Shown here: one piece after another, positions 1 through 8,975 of the stretch | How the letters are laid out: each line of letters opens with the position of its first letter | Numbering within the stretch: the stretch's first letter is position 1 | Assembly: GCA_044361745.1 (NCBI GenBank) | Contig: JBIKIF010000001.1 | Location: 16,104 to 80,103 of the forward strand | Origin: Holosporales bacterium | Lineage (GTDB): Bacteria > Pseudomonadota > Alphaproteobacteria > Holosporales > CAZGKG01 | Direction: 5' to 3' | DNA: 64,000 nucleotides | Translations under genes and position numbers: made by a program | The notes under the pieces: generated by a model | Databases searched by the model: none | The model's input: the letters and a program-made list of their open reading frames with translations, nothing else | Told to the model about the DNA's origin: nothing

Positions 1-281
1 AGAGGGGGCACAAAGAATCACCCCACGGGCAAGGGCCAGCTTTAGGCTGCTTTCCGGATTTTTATTAACGAAGACTTCCTCAACCGCGACTTCGTGAGGC
101 TGATACATTTCAAGAATGGCGGTGACTTCCTTGAAAATATGGGCAAGACGTTCCGGGATGGATGCGGATGTCCGGGTGGTAATGAGGCCCGAGGCTTTGT
201 AGATGAGGCGGCTGTTCTGGGTATTCTCAAGCACACCCCATCCACTTTGTTTCAGGCCAGGATCAATGCCTAAGACAATCA
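1..281 (-). CDS. ruvC: Crossover junction endodeoxyribonuclease RuvC, N-terminal part (gene runs off the left edge)
   Basis: Own minus-strand translation from ATG at 281 gives MIVLGIDPGLKQSGWGVLENTQNSRLIYKASGLITTRTSASIPERLAHIFKEVTAILEMYQPHEVAVEEVFVNKNPESSLKLALARGVILCAP. The GIDPG start and the EE.F.N.N..S..KL..ARG pattern fit RuvC. It is missing from the ORF track only because no stop lies in the window; track ORF 42..245 is an off-frame shadow. Confidence 0.85.
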
Positions 282-294
282 TCGGGGTTCAGGT

Positions 295-789
295 TCAAGC
301 ATTGCCTTCTGTGTCTCCGGAGGTCAATGATTCCCCCTGAAGCCTTTGCTCAAGCAGAGAAGCGAAATCTACAGGCTTGAGATACAGGGGTGGGAATCCA
401 CTTTCTTGAGTGATCTGGGCCACGAGATTTCTTACAAAAGGAAAGAGAAGGCGCGGGCATTCCACAAACAAAACAAATCTCAGAAGTTCTTCAGGAATGC
501 CGGAAAGTGTAAAAACACCGGCGTAAGCAAGCTCCACCAAGTAAACGGTTTTATCATTCCGCTGAATATGGGATTTCACGCCGAGAACGACCTCAAAAGT
601 TCCTTCGTACAAAGGGGTGCATCCAACTTCGATATTCACGAGGGTTGATGCCTCTTCGTCTTGCTTGAGTAAATTTTCGATGGGTGCGGGGTTCTCAAAA
701 GAAAGGTCCTTGATGTACTGGGCATTGATCGCCAGGCCGGGTGCGTTCTCTTGGGACTGTAAGTCTTTGTCTGAAATGTCTTGCGCCAT
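295..789 (-). CDS. secB: Protein-export chaperone SecB
   Basis: 164-aa ORF. The pattern INAQYIKDLSFENP...FTLSGIPEE...LLFPFVRNLVAQIT and the acidic C-terminus match SecB in length and motifs. Confidence 0.9.
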   Translation of the reverse strand: MAQDISDKDLQSQENAPGLAINAQYIKDLSFENPAPIENLLKQDEEASTLVNIEVGCTPLYEGTFEVVLGVKSHIQRNDKTVYLVELAYAGVFTLSGIPEELLRFVLFVECPRLLFPFVRNLVAQITQESGFPPLYLKPVDFASLLEQRLQGESLTSGDTEGNA

Positions 790-1110
790 CAGTGAGCGTC
801 CTCCTTATCCAAAATATGTCGTCCTTTATTCATACCGGAAGTGCCTTGGTTCGTACAGATGGAGCAAAGGCTTGTTGATTGGACTCAAAAGTTCAGAGAC
901 GAATCTCATCTTGGTGACTCTTCATCCCTCGCTCCCGTTTCTCGTCAACGGGTTCTCTTCCCTCCCCTATTGGAGCACTTCTGTTTTTTGAATCAAACGC
1001 AAGAAAATTTTTAAGAAAGGCTTGAAGCTGGAGCCTTGAAGCGCAAAATACAGATGAAGCTGTTAGGGGCTGTGAAGCTGAGGGAGATCACATCAAATGG
1101 GCTGGAGGAG

Positions 1111-1920
1111 TCAACCCATTTGTGTTTGAAGGCCAGAGGTCTTCCCTATACGAGAATAAAATCCATCAGGCCTATGTTCTCTTGTGTTTGCAGAAAAGAC
1201 AGTACAGGAGCCTTGGTAGCATTCTTGCCTATCTTTTTCGGATACGGTCTTCAGCATGATTTCATCCAACGCGATCCAATCAGCTTGGCGCCTTGCCATC
1301 CCTTGTAAAAAATCAACACAAGATTTTTCATCTTCAGCTGTCCAAGATATCTTGAATCGGTGGGCTTTTTCTCCTCTTTTTTTCACAAACTCTGGTGCAT
1401 TCGCACGGACAGGAAACCGCGTGATATCCAGGGTCAAAAGCCCGCACGACTCCCCCATTCTTTTCAGTTCAGCATACCATTGCTTCAAAGACAGATTTGG
1501 TGGCGATGCCAGGCGTTCTAAAATTTCTTGGACAGCCACATGATTTTTTTTCCAAAAAAACAGCATCTCTTCCTGCTGAGACACTTTCTCCTTCAGGTCT
1601 TCAACACTGCGAACCTCTGAGGATTCGATCGCTTTCAAATAAGAGATGCCGCCCAAAAGCCCCACGCCCAAAAGCAGACACCCCATACATGCAATTTTCA
1701 AAAAAACATTTGGCAAGGACCCCCCTTCATTCACAGAAAGGGTTTTTTTGAAAAAATCTCCTCTGACCCAGTCCCCTAACGCTCCGCTGCGAGAGGGTAT
1801 GGGTGGATCATCGATCCATTTTTCCATAGGCCTAGGAGCCCCCTTCAAAAACCGAAAACCCCTGAAAGGGTTCTGCAAATTTCCCCAAAAACCTTTTTTT
1901 GTGCCCATGTAGACCGCCAT
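1111..1920 (-). CDS. Hypothetical single-pass membrane protein, last gene of the type IV filament-like operon (GspM/PilO-like topology only)
   Basis: 269-aa ORF, co-directional with and 64 bp downstream of the 509-aa ORF. It has one hydrophobic helix (IACMGCLLLGVGLLGGISYL) followed by a coiled-coil-like segment (SSEVRSVEDLKEKVSQQEEM). No family was recognised by eye and the start codon is uncertain. Confidence 0.45.
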   Translation of the reverse strand: MAVYMGTKKGFWGNLQNPFRGFRFLKGAPRPMEKWIDDPPIPSRSGALGDWVRGDFFKKTLSVNEGGSLPNVFLKIACMGCLLLGVGLLGGISYLKAIESSEVRSVEDLKEKVSQQEEMLFFWKKNHVAVQEILERLASPPNLSLKQWYAELKRMGESCGLLTLDITRFPVRANAPEFVKKRGEKAHRFKISWTAEDEKSCVDFLQGMARRQADWIALDEIMLKTVSEKDRQECYQGSCTVFSANTREHRPDGFYSRIGKTSGLQTQMG

Positions 1921-1984
1921 GAATAGAGTCAGGTTGATTTCAAAGACGGTCAGTTTCAGCTGACTGTCTTTGCGATACCGGTGT

Positions 1985-3493
1985 TTAAAAAATCTTTGAT
2001 CCCAGAATGTTCAGTCTCTCTTTTTGAGAAGACACATGCGCTCTTGACTCCTCATCTGACCACCGAACTGTTAGCTCCCAAAGAGGAGGAGATCTAGGCC
2101 CCGGGGAATGGCGCGGAGAAGCACTGCGGACCAGTTGAGCGCCCGGGAAAAGATCCTGAAGAGATGCTTTCCAGCTCTCCCAAGTTTGATCATTGGGCTC
2201 ATTGAAGGTGTTTGAATCCTCCACCCCCCTCTCCTCCAATCTGCGTGAACTCTCAAAAACCCAAAGACGCATCCAGTAATGACCTGGTCTCAGACGCCGC
2301 CACAGGATTTTTTGACATTCAACGGGGGGCTGTATCAGGTTCTGGACTTTCTGAAGAAAAAGCAAAGAGAGATCACGCTCGGCCTCTTCTTTGAGAAGTC
2401 TTTGTGCCTCCAAAAACGCCACAGGAAGAGACGCTTCCCAAGCATGGCCCTCTTGAATTTGCTTTTGCAACACAGGAATTTTTGTTCTCAGCTGCCCGAC
2501 AGCTTCCCATGTTTTTTGCAAGAGGACTCCTTCAAAACACAAGCCCCCAATCAAAACGAGTGCCACTCTTTTTAAAAATTGGTTCTGGCGGACAGGCGCT
2601 TGAAAAGTCCGAACCCAAGCGGAAAATTTTTGAAAAAAGGATCCATTCTCTGTGAGAGGACCCACCGGGGAAGCCTTAGACGCTTGCCTTTTCAGGAGAG
2701 CGAGATCGAGAACATCAAAACCTTTCAGATCATTGACCTGTTCCTGTCCAAAGGGGCTTCGGAGAAAAAAGACGTTGGGGGAAGACGTGCTCAGATCTGG
2801 GGACCAACGCCCCACATAAGCCGCTGTTTCGAGAGCAGCCTTCTTGAGGGTATCTTCGGTCCCCTCCGTATCCAGGGGGTCCTCTCCATTCAGAGAAGTC
2901 TCTCCTTCATACCCAGGTGTTCGTGTAAAAAGAGGGACCCGCCCCCAAAAAACAAAATGCGCCAAAAACTCAGGAGACCCAGAAGAACTCTCTTGAAAAA
3001 CAACAACTGTCAGGGTTTTTTCCGAAAACAGGCAACCGTTGTGGCAGGCCCACTCATAAACAAGACCGGCTCTCTCAATCGCAAGACTGTAAACTTTGAA
3101 ATCCGCAATTCCCGAAGAGCCCTTCAGAGCCGAGACAAGAGACCTTAAAGGCTGAGACAGAACGCAACCCACGGAAAGACTCTCTCTTGGATTCCAAAAA
3201 CACCCTATCAGGGCCCAAAAGCCCATGCTTTTTTTTAAAAAAGCTCTCCGAGCTCGGAACAAGCGTATTCGGTCAACCCAACCCAAAAGGGGTGAGAACG
3301 ATTCCCACGTCCAAACATTGCCGTCTCCACCTACATACAAATCGACTTCCTGAGGAGAAGCTCCCCAGGTTTGAAGGAGGGTAGGTAAATCGTTCCATCC
3401 CTGATCCCAAATGTGCACGGTTGTGTTTGACAGACCGACTCCCTGAAGGGCCAAAATCTCCCCCTTTAAGATGAGAAGCTGTTTGTTAAACAT
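1985..3493 (-). CDS. Hypothetical bitopic protein of the type IV filament-like operon (GspL-like or fused PilM/PilN-like architecture)
   Basis: 502-509-aa ORF overlapping the gspF-like stop by 8-29 nt. It has a soluble N-terminal region of about 320 aa, one TM helix (RVALVLIGGLCFEGVLL), then a coiled-coil/periplasmic tail. The assignment rests on architecture and position, not motifs. Start taken at MFNKQLLIL (3493); the track start is 3514. Confidence 0.45.
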   Translation of the reverse strand: MFNKQLLILKGEILALQGVGLSNTTVHIWDQGWNDLPTLLQTWGASPQEVDLYVGGDGNVWTWESFSPLLGWVDRIRLFRARRAFLKKSMGFWALIGCFWNPRESLSVGCVLSQPLRSLVSALKGSSGIADFKVYSLAIERAGLVYEWACHNGCLFSEKTLTVVVFQESSSGSPEFLAHFVFWGRVPLFTRTPGYEGETSLNGEDPLDTEGTEDTLKKAALETAAYVGRWSPDLSTSSPNVFFLRSPFGQEQVNDLKGFDVLDLALLKRQASKASPVGPLTENGSFFQKFSAWVRTFQAPVRQNQFLKRVALVLIGGLCFEGVLLQKTWEAVGQLRTKIPVLQKQIQEGHAWEASLPVAFLEAQRLLKEEAERDLSLLFLQKVQNLIQPPVECQKILWRRLRPGHYWMRLWVFESSRRLEERGVEDSNTFNEPNDQTWESWKASLQDLFPGAQLVRSASPRHSPGPRSPPLWELTVRWSDEESRAHVSSQKERLNILGSKIF

Positions 3494-4718
3494 TTGCCAG
3501 ACCTCCCCCTTCAAAGGTGTGATACATGGGCAGTAGAAGGCCCGCGATAAGCCATAAGATCATCCCGCCCAGGGCAAGAAAAGACAACGGCTGTAGATAG
3601 GCGATGAGACGTGACCGCAACTCTTCCAGGTTTCGTTGGTACATGTGGGAAATCCGAATCAAAGCAGCCCCTAAAGATCCGGTCTTTTCACCCCAAACGA
3701 TCATTTGAAGGGCACGGGCGGAAATCCCCGAAAGGCCAAAAAAACAGGAACTAACGCTCGATCCACCTCGAATATCTAAAGAAACCGCCATTAATTGCGT
3801 TTTCAAAAAAGGATTTTGAATATGCTCCCCCGCTTCTTTCAGCCCCTCAAGTAAGGGAATTTGATGGGTCAACAAAATTCCCCAGGTATAAAAAAAGCGG
3901 GCCCAGAGTGTTCCTAAGCGCATACGCCCCAGGAATGGTATCCGTACAGAAAGTCCATGGGCCAAAAAACGGACAGGTGGATAGAAGCGCGCAAGGACAA
4001 TCAGTCCTCCGCAAATGATTCCCAAAAGGATGCTCAGCTGAAACCCATAGGTGATCAGAAACGTTTGAAAGGATAAAAGGCTTCTGCTTGCAAACCCAAG
4101 ACCCACGGTCTCCCCTGAGGTTTGGTGCATCTCTACCCGCATTAACTCCAAAACCTCTGGCAGAACTTGGGTAAACCAGACGAAAAAAGTTCCCAGCAAA
4201 CACAGGAAGACGATCAAAGGATAGCGAAGGGATTCAAAGGTGAGACTTCGCATGTGCTCAATATGACCGAGGCTTTCCGAGAGTCCCTTCAGGGCAGAGG
4301 GGAGATTACCGGTTTTTTCCCCCAGGCTAAGAAAAGCGCGAATCAAAGGTCCCTCCCAACGAGACCCCCAAATCGCTGAGAGCACGGCACCTTCCTGAAG
4401 ACGATCTCGCAAAGCTTTGAGTTGGCAGCGGCTATAAAGATCCATTTCATCTGCCAGCGCATCCAAAGCGTGAACAAGCGTGAGACCACTCCCTATGAGT
4501 TCTGAAAGGTTCAAAAAAATCTGTTGGTATTTCAACAGAAAAGATTTTTTGAACCGGGGCTCGGAGGCTGTCCACAAACGACGACATCTCAGAACATCTA
4601 AAGACTTTTGCCTGGCTAGGTGGAATGCCTGAGGACGACCTAGAGCCAGAATGGGGATTTCCCGAAGAGAGCCTTCGGGGTCTAAAACTCTGCAAAGATA
4701 GACGTGGGGATGGGTCAT
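3486..4718 (-). CDS. Type II secretion / type IV pilus inner-membrane platform protein (GspF/PilC family)
   Basis: About 410 aa with two repeated GspF-type halves and three hydrophobic segments, immediately downstream of the ATPase. The ATG at 4718 overlaps the upstream TGA (ATGA at 4715-4718), suggesting translational coupling. Confidence 0.85.
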   Translation of the reverse strand: MTHPHVYLCRVLDPEGSLREIPILALGRPQAFHLARQKSLDVLRCRRLWTASEPRFKKSFLLKYQQIFLNLSELIGSGLTLVHALDALADEMDLYSRCQLKALRDRLQEGAVLSAIWGSRWEGPLIRAFLSLGEKTGNLPSALKGLSESLGHIEHMRSLTFESLRYPLIVFLCLLGTFFVWFTQVLPEVLELMRVEMHQTSGETVGLGFASRSLLSFQTFLITYGFQLSILLGIICGGLIVLARFYPPVRFLAHGLSVRIPFLGRMRLGTLWARFFYTWGILLTHQIPLLEGLKEAGEHIQNPFLKTQLMAVSLDIRGGSSVSSCFFGLSGISARALQMIVWGEKTGSLGAALIRISHMYQRNLEELRSRLIAYLQPLSFLALGGMILWLIAGLLLPMYHTFEGGGLANV

Positions 4719-6514
4719 TGGAGAACCGTAGACGTTGGCGCGTTTGGCAAGGAAAAACCTTCTGGAGATAAAAGAGCCTCCTCCCAAGGAATCGAAAAGG
4801 ACACATCCCCAAGAACACGTTCGAGCTCAAGCAAGCTTGTTTCTCCCCGAAATACAAGGGACAAACCGGATTCCCAAAGAGTCCGGTAGTGATTGTGCCT
4901 TCGCAGAATCTGCTCTGCGGCTCGGCGATCTTTGCCCGTTAAAAGCCATCCGTCAAACTCAGGATTCAGCTGTATCAATTCTGCAATCAGCTGACGCCCC
5001 TGATAGCCTGTCCCTGAACAGATAGAACACCCCGCCGCTTCAAAGATAAGATCCGTCCCATAGGGAATGCTCCCAAAGTCCTTCTGAATTTTTTGAGGAA
5101 TTTTGCATTGTCTACACAGAAGGCGCACCAACCGCTGAGAGAGAACGCCCCGAAGATGACCGGCCAAAAATGGGGCCTCCAACCCCAATTCCATCATTCG
5201 AAACACCGCTGATAAAGCATCCGATGTATGGAGCGTTGACAACACTTGATGGCCTGTCATGGCAGCCCGAAGAGCCATATGGGCCGTTTGAGGATCTCGA
5301 ATCTCCCCAATCAAAATCACATCTGGATCCTGCCGGAGGATAGAGCGCACCCCTTCTGCAAATCCAAAGTCGCCCTGCTCCCGAATGCTCGTTTGACGCA
5401 CACAGGGGCGAGCGTATTCCACAGGCTCCTCAAGGGTCATAATATTGCGGGTCTCTGGGCTGAGTTGGGTGAGAAAGGCATACAACGATGTGGTTTTGCC
5501 ACTGCCCGTTGGCCCTGTCACCAGAAACAATCCATCGGGACGCTTTAATGCCGTCTCAATGGCCGCCTGAGTTCCCGCTTCATATCCCAAAGAGGAGAGG
5601 CGAAGCTCTGTCTTCAGAGGGGCCAAAATGCGGATGACTACATTTTCCCCATCAATCACCGGGTGGGAGGAGATCCGAAAATCCACCATTCGCCCCAAAA
5701 TCATGAGACGGGCGCGACCACTTTGCGGTGCCCGTGTTTCCACAATATTAAGATCCGCAATCAGCTTGAGACGAACGAGGATAGCGCCCCAAGACTTTGG
5801 ATGAAATGCAAAAACGGTGCGTAGCAATCCATCACACCGGAAGCGCACCCGCACAAAATCCCCCTCTGGCTCTAAATGGATATCAGATGCCAAAACTCTG
5901 ACGCCTTCCCGGAGTAATCCCTCCACAAAGCGTACGATAGGGTGATCTTTGATCTCAAAAGAGAGAGCCGAAACCCCTCCCCCTCCAGAGGCACCTCCCC
6001 ACTCTTCTGCCTCTGCTGTCGCCAAAAGGTCTCCAAAATGAGGTGAGGCTAGGGGCGTTGAACGGGCTAAAATCGCTTCAATCATCTCTTGAGGCGCTTC
6101 CCAAAAACGCACTGAACCTAAAATGCGCCGTACATGATCCCGACTTGCCACCTCTCCAACATCTGCCATCACCACCCATGTCATTCCCTGATCATCCACT
6201 AAAGGGCAAAGGCATGCTTTTTGACAAAATGGCAGAGTCAGTTTTTCTAGCAATCCAGAAGGGCATACCTGGCTTTCTAAGTTTAATCCGCGCCTAGAAG
6301 ACCATTGGGCCGTAACGGACGCCATAGCTTCTGCACTGACGAATCCTAAGCTCACACACAGAGACACCATATGATCCTGGCACCTTGGATTTTCTTGCAT
6401 CAGACGCTTTCGATTACAAGGATCCAAAATCCCGCGGAAGATCAAGTAAGACAAAAAATCCTGTCCCTGGACCCCCCGATCTAAAGCTGAGTCTTGTCGC
6501 AAAAAATTGTCCAT
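4715..6514 (-). CDS. Type II secretion / type IV pilus assembly ATPase (GspE/PilB family)
   Basis: 599 aa. It has Walker A GPTGSGKTTS, an Asp box/Walker B region ILRQDPDVILIGEIRD, His box STLHT, and a tetracysteine CRQC...CSICSGTGYQGR. The N-terminal region of about 150 aa looks like an MshEN/T2SSE_N domain, as in PilB. Confidence 0.9.
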   Translation of the reverse strand: MDNFLRQDSALDRGVQGQDFLSYLIFRGILDPCNRKRLMQENPRCQDHMVSLCVSLGFVSAEAMASVTAQWSSRRGLNLESQVCPSGLLEKLTLPFCQKACLCPLVDDQGMTWVVMADVGEVASRDHVRRILGSVRFWEAPQEMIEAILARSTPLASPHFGDLLATAEAEEWGGASGGGGVSALSFEIKDHPIVRFVEGLLREGVRVLASDIHLEPEGDFVRVRFRCDGLLRTVFAFHPKSWGAILVRLKLIADLNIVETRAPQSGRARLMILGRMVDFRISSHPVIDGENVVIRILAPLKTELRLSSLGYEAGTQAAIETALKRPDGLFLVTGPTGSGKTTSLYAFLTQLSPETRNIMTLEEPVEYARPCVRQTSIREQGDFGFAEGVRSILRQDPDVILIGEIRDPQTAHMALRAAMTGHQVLSTLHTSDALSAVFRMMELGLEAPFLAGHLRGVLSQRLVRLLCRQCKIPQKIQKDFGSIPYGTDLIFEAAGCSICSGTGYQGRQLIAELIQLNPEFDGWLLTGKDRRAAEQILRRHNHYRTLWESGLSLVFRGETSLLELERVLGDVSFSIPWEEALLSPEGFSLPNAPTSTVLQ

Positions 6515-6533
6515 TTTTATTTTTAATGCCCAT

Positions 6534-6565
6534 ATTTGCCTAATTTAAATTCAATATAGGCAAAT
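6534..6565. promoter_or_regulatory. Inverted repeat ATTTGCCTA-N14-TAGGCAAAT in the divergent gspE-like / irr-like intergenic region
   Basis: Perfect 9-bp arms at 6534-6542 and 6557-6565, read directly from the sequence in an AT-rich promoter region. The binding protein is unknown. Confidence 0.3.
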
Positions 6566-6769
6566 TATTTTTCAAAAACAAGAGGTTTTTTTGGTTTTTT
6601 TGCAAAAAAAGTCCTGCATTCGCCATGTCTTTTAAAAGAGACCTTGAGAGAAAATGCCATCTTCGGTATAAAAGATAAGGAGCGGATTCAGTCAAACTTT
6701 TGATCATAGGTTCTCGAATGACCGAAACGTACGAACATTTTACTCAAGCATCCTTTCAAAGGAGGGGTG

Positions 6770-7186
6770 ATGAATTCAAGAGTTGAGGAGCGATGCATTG
6801 CCCAAGGTGTCCGTATGACGGATCAAAGGCGCACTATTGCAAAGGTTTTATCCGAATCAACCGATCACCCTGATGTGGATCAAGTCCATGCCCGTGCTGT
6901 CAAACTCGATCCGGAAACATCTATTACAACAGTTTATAGAACTCTCAGGCTCTTCGAGGAAGCAGGGGTCCTTGAAAAACACGATTTCAGGCAGAGACGT
7001 TTTCGCTATGAGGAAGCGACAGATCAGCCCCATGATCATCTGATTGACGTCAAAACGGGAGCTGTTTTGGAATTTTACGCGCCTGAAATTGAGAAAATTT
7101 TAGAAGAGCATGCTAAAACTCTTGGGTATCAACTCATTGATCGCCGACTTGAACTCTATGCAATCCCCTTGACCAAAGACGCGTAG
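6770..7186 (+). CDS. irr: Fur-family transcriptional regulator, Irr-like
   Basis: It has a Fur-family winged helix (RMTDQRRTIAKVL...TVYRTLRLFEEAGVL). The C-terminal HDHLIDVKTGAVLEFYAPEIEKILEEHAKTLGYQLIDRRLELYAIP lacks the CxxC pairs, as in alphaproteobacterial Irr. The ATG at 6770 follows AAAGGAGG; the track start is GTG 6767. Confidence 0.65.
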   Translation: MNSRVEERCIAQGVRMTDQRRTIAKVLSESTDHPDVDQVHARAVKLDPETSITTVYRTLRLFEEAGVLEKHDFRQRRFRYEEATDQPHDHLIDVKTGAVLEFYAPEIEKILEEHAKTLGYQLIDRRLELYAIPLTKDA

Positions 7187-7308
7187 CCCCTCTTTAATGA
7201 TCTATAGCTAAGCCTTTGTCACTTGATGATGCGTTGTTCGGTCTCTCATGTCGGTTGACTCCACTTCGCTTCTTGCGTTTATACTCAAATTAAATTCTTG
7301 CGTTATAA

Positions 7309-8037
7309 GTGTCATCTCACTGTTTGCGCACCAACTGTTTTCCAGGAGTTTTTTTGACAAAAAGTCACGATTTTTGCTCTCGCCACGACAGAGCGTTTGA
7401 GCCGATTGTCGCGGGGGCCTTCAAGACTTTTCTGGCCGAGACACCTGAAGACATTCAGGAGGTTCAGTCCCTACGTTATGAGATTTTTTCAAAAGAAAGA
7501 GGTGCCTGCCTTCCCGATCCAAAAGAAGCGCCCAACGCAGATCCTTTTGATAGAATTTGCAGTCATTTGGCTGTCAAAGACACGAGAGTAAACAAAATTG
7601 TTGGCACATATCGCTTAGCTCGTCGCCAAGAAGAACGGCTTTTGGGGGCTTTTTTGACAGAGAATGAATTTAACTTGTCCTGCCTTCTGAGCGAACCAGA
7701 TGAAATTTTAGAGCTCTCAGGTGCCTGTGTCGCCCTCCCTTACTGGACGCTTCCAACGCTTACGCTTTTATGGCGCGGCCTTGCAGAATATGCTCTGCAC
7801 TATCACATTGCCTATTTTTTTGGTTGCGTTAGTCCCCCTGGGACTGACCCCTTTCGTTTTGCCCATGCCTTGTCTTATTTGCGCATCGGCTGCTTTGTCG
7901 GGGACGGATTGTTTATCGATCACAGTTTTAATACAATGGATGTGTGTATTGTGGTGAAAACCGATAGCCTGACTGAACGTTACGCCCATTATTTTAATGT
8001 CCGATCTCAAGAAACAAAGCGTTTTTCCGTGCGATGA
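7309..8037 (+). CDS. olsB: GNAT-type N-acyltransferase, ornithine lipid synthesis OlsB-like
   Basis: The segment ETPEDIQEVQSLRYEIFSKERG...DPFDRICSHLAVKD...IVGTYRL is typical of OlsB/hemolysin-like acyltransferases. It overlaps the downstream acyltransferase gene by 4 nt, as in olsBA operons. The N-terminus (GTG start) is uncertain. Confidence 0.6.
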   Translation: MSSHCLRTNCFPGVFLTKSHDFCSRHDRAFEPIVAGAFKTFLAETPEDIQEVQSLRYEIFSKERGACLPDPKEAPNADPFDRICSHLAVKDTRVNKIVGTYRLARRQEERLLGAFLTENEFNLSCLLSEPDEILELSGACVALPYWTLPTLTLLWRGLAEYALHYHIAYFFGCVSPPGTDPFRFAHALSYLRIGCFVGDGLFIDHSFNTMDVCIVVKTDSLTERYAHYFNVRSQETKRFSVR

Positions 8038-8846
8038 CAGAGCATCCTTTGCCAATAGCTCCCTTGGGTTTTGTGCCACAATCGATCGTGTGGATCCGCC
8101 TTTTTCTTTTGGGGGTTTTGCTGACGACAGCCCTTCCTTTGATTGGCGTTCTTGCGCTCATGATGCCCCAAAAGCCCACCCGAACTCGGCAGTGGGTTTT
8201 TGGCTGGCTCTATAAAGCTGCCGGTATTCGCCTTCGTATTCAGGGGAATCCCTCCCAAAACCCTACTCTCTTTGTGTCCAATCACACGTCTTACCTGGAT
8301 ATTATTCTCTTGGGCCATCTTTTGAGGGGCCGTTTTGTCTCCAAACAAGAGGTGAAACACTGGCCTATTATTGGTTGGGTCGCAGCATGCACAGGCACGC
8401 TGTTTATTAGTCGCAAACCTCAGAAAGCACTGGAAGAACGGGGTCTTCTGAGGGACGTTTTTGCCTCTGGAGAGAGCCTCATTCTTTTTCCAGAAGCCAC
8501 ATCCACAGCAGGGACTTCTGTCCTCCCATTTAAAAGTGCTTTTTTTGACATTCTCTTTGGTGAAGGAGCGCCATCTTCGGGTGTGCAGCCGGTCACTTTG
8601 GTTTATGGAACCCTCAATGGCATTCCCATGGGAAGGTTTTTGCGCCATCTCTACGGATGGCCCGCAAAGGTGCCCTTGAAATCCCATCTTCTTCAAATCC
8701 TCCGTCTCGGATCTGTCACCGTTGATGTGATCTTTCACAACCCTCTGTCGCCGGAGCATTTCTCGTCTCGCAAAGACCTAGCCATAAAGGCGCATGCGAC
8801 TGTACTTGAAGGTTTTTCTCAAACCCCAGAGATTACAGAACCCTAG
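8034..8846 (+). CDS. olsA: Lysophospholipid/1-acyl-glycerol-3-phosphate-type acyltransferase, OlsA-like
   Basis: It has an N-terminal TM segment, the H(X)4D acyltransferase motif NHTSYLDI, and FPEATST. The call rests on its operon position after the olsB-like gene. Confidence 0.65.
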   Translation: MTEHPLPIAPLGFVPQSIVWIRLFLLGVLLTTALPLIGVLALMMPQKPTRTRQWVFGWLYKAAGIRLRIQGNPSQNPTLFVSNHTSYLDIILLGHLLRGRFVSKQEVKHWPIIGWVAACTGTLFISRKPQKALEERGLLRDVFASGESLILFPEATSTAGTSVLPFKSAFFDILFGEGAPSSGVQPVTLVYGTLNGIPMGRFLRHLYGWPAKVPLKSHLLQILRLGSVTVDVIFHNPLSPEHFSSRKDLAIKAHATVLEGFSQTPEITEP

Positions 8847-8975
8847 GCTCTGTGGAGGAATTTTTTTGAGAAGGTCTCAAGTTTCAAGGGTCAACAAGGA
8901 ATGTCGCGCTGAAATTGAGGGGGATGTTTGCATCAAATGGAGGTTTGGGCTAGAGATGGGGCGGACGGGGGTGGA

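Noticed and set aside
42-245. A 67-aa track ORF on the minus strand at the left edge.
   Set aside because: It is out of frame with the clear RuvC reading frame covering 1..281, and its sequence has no features.
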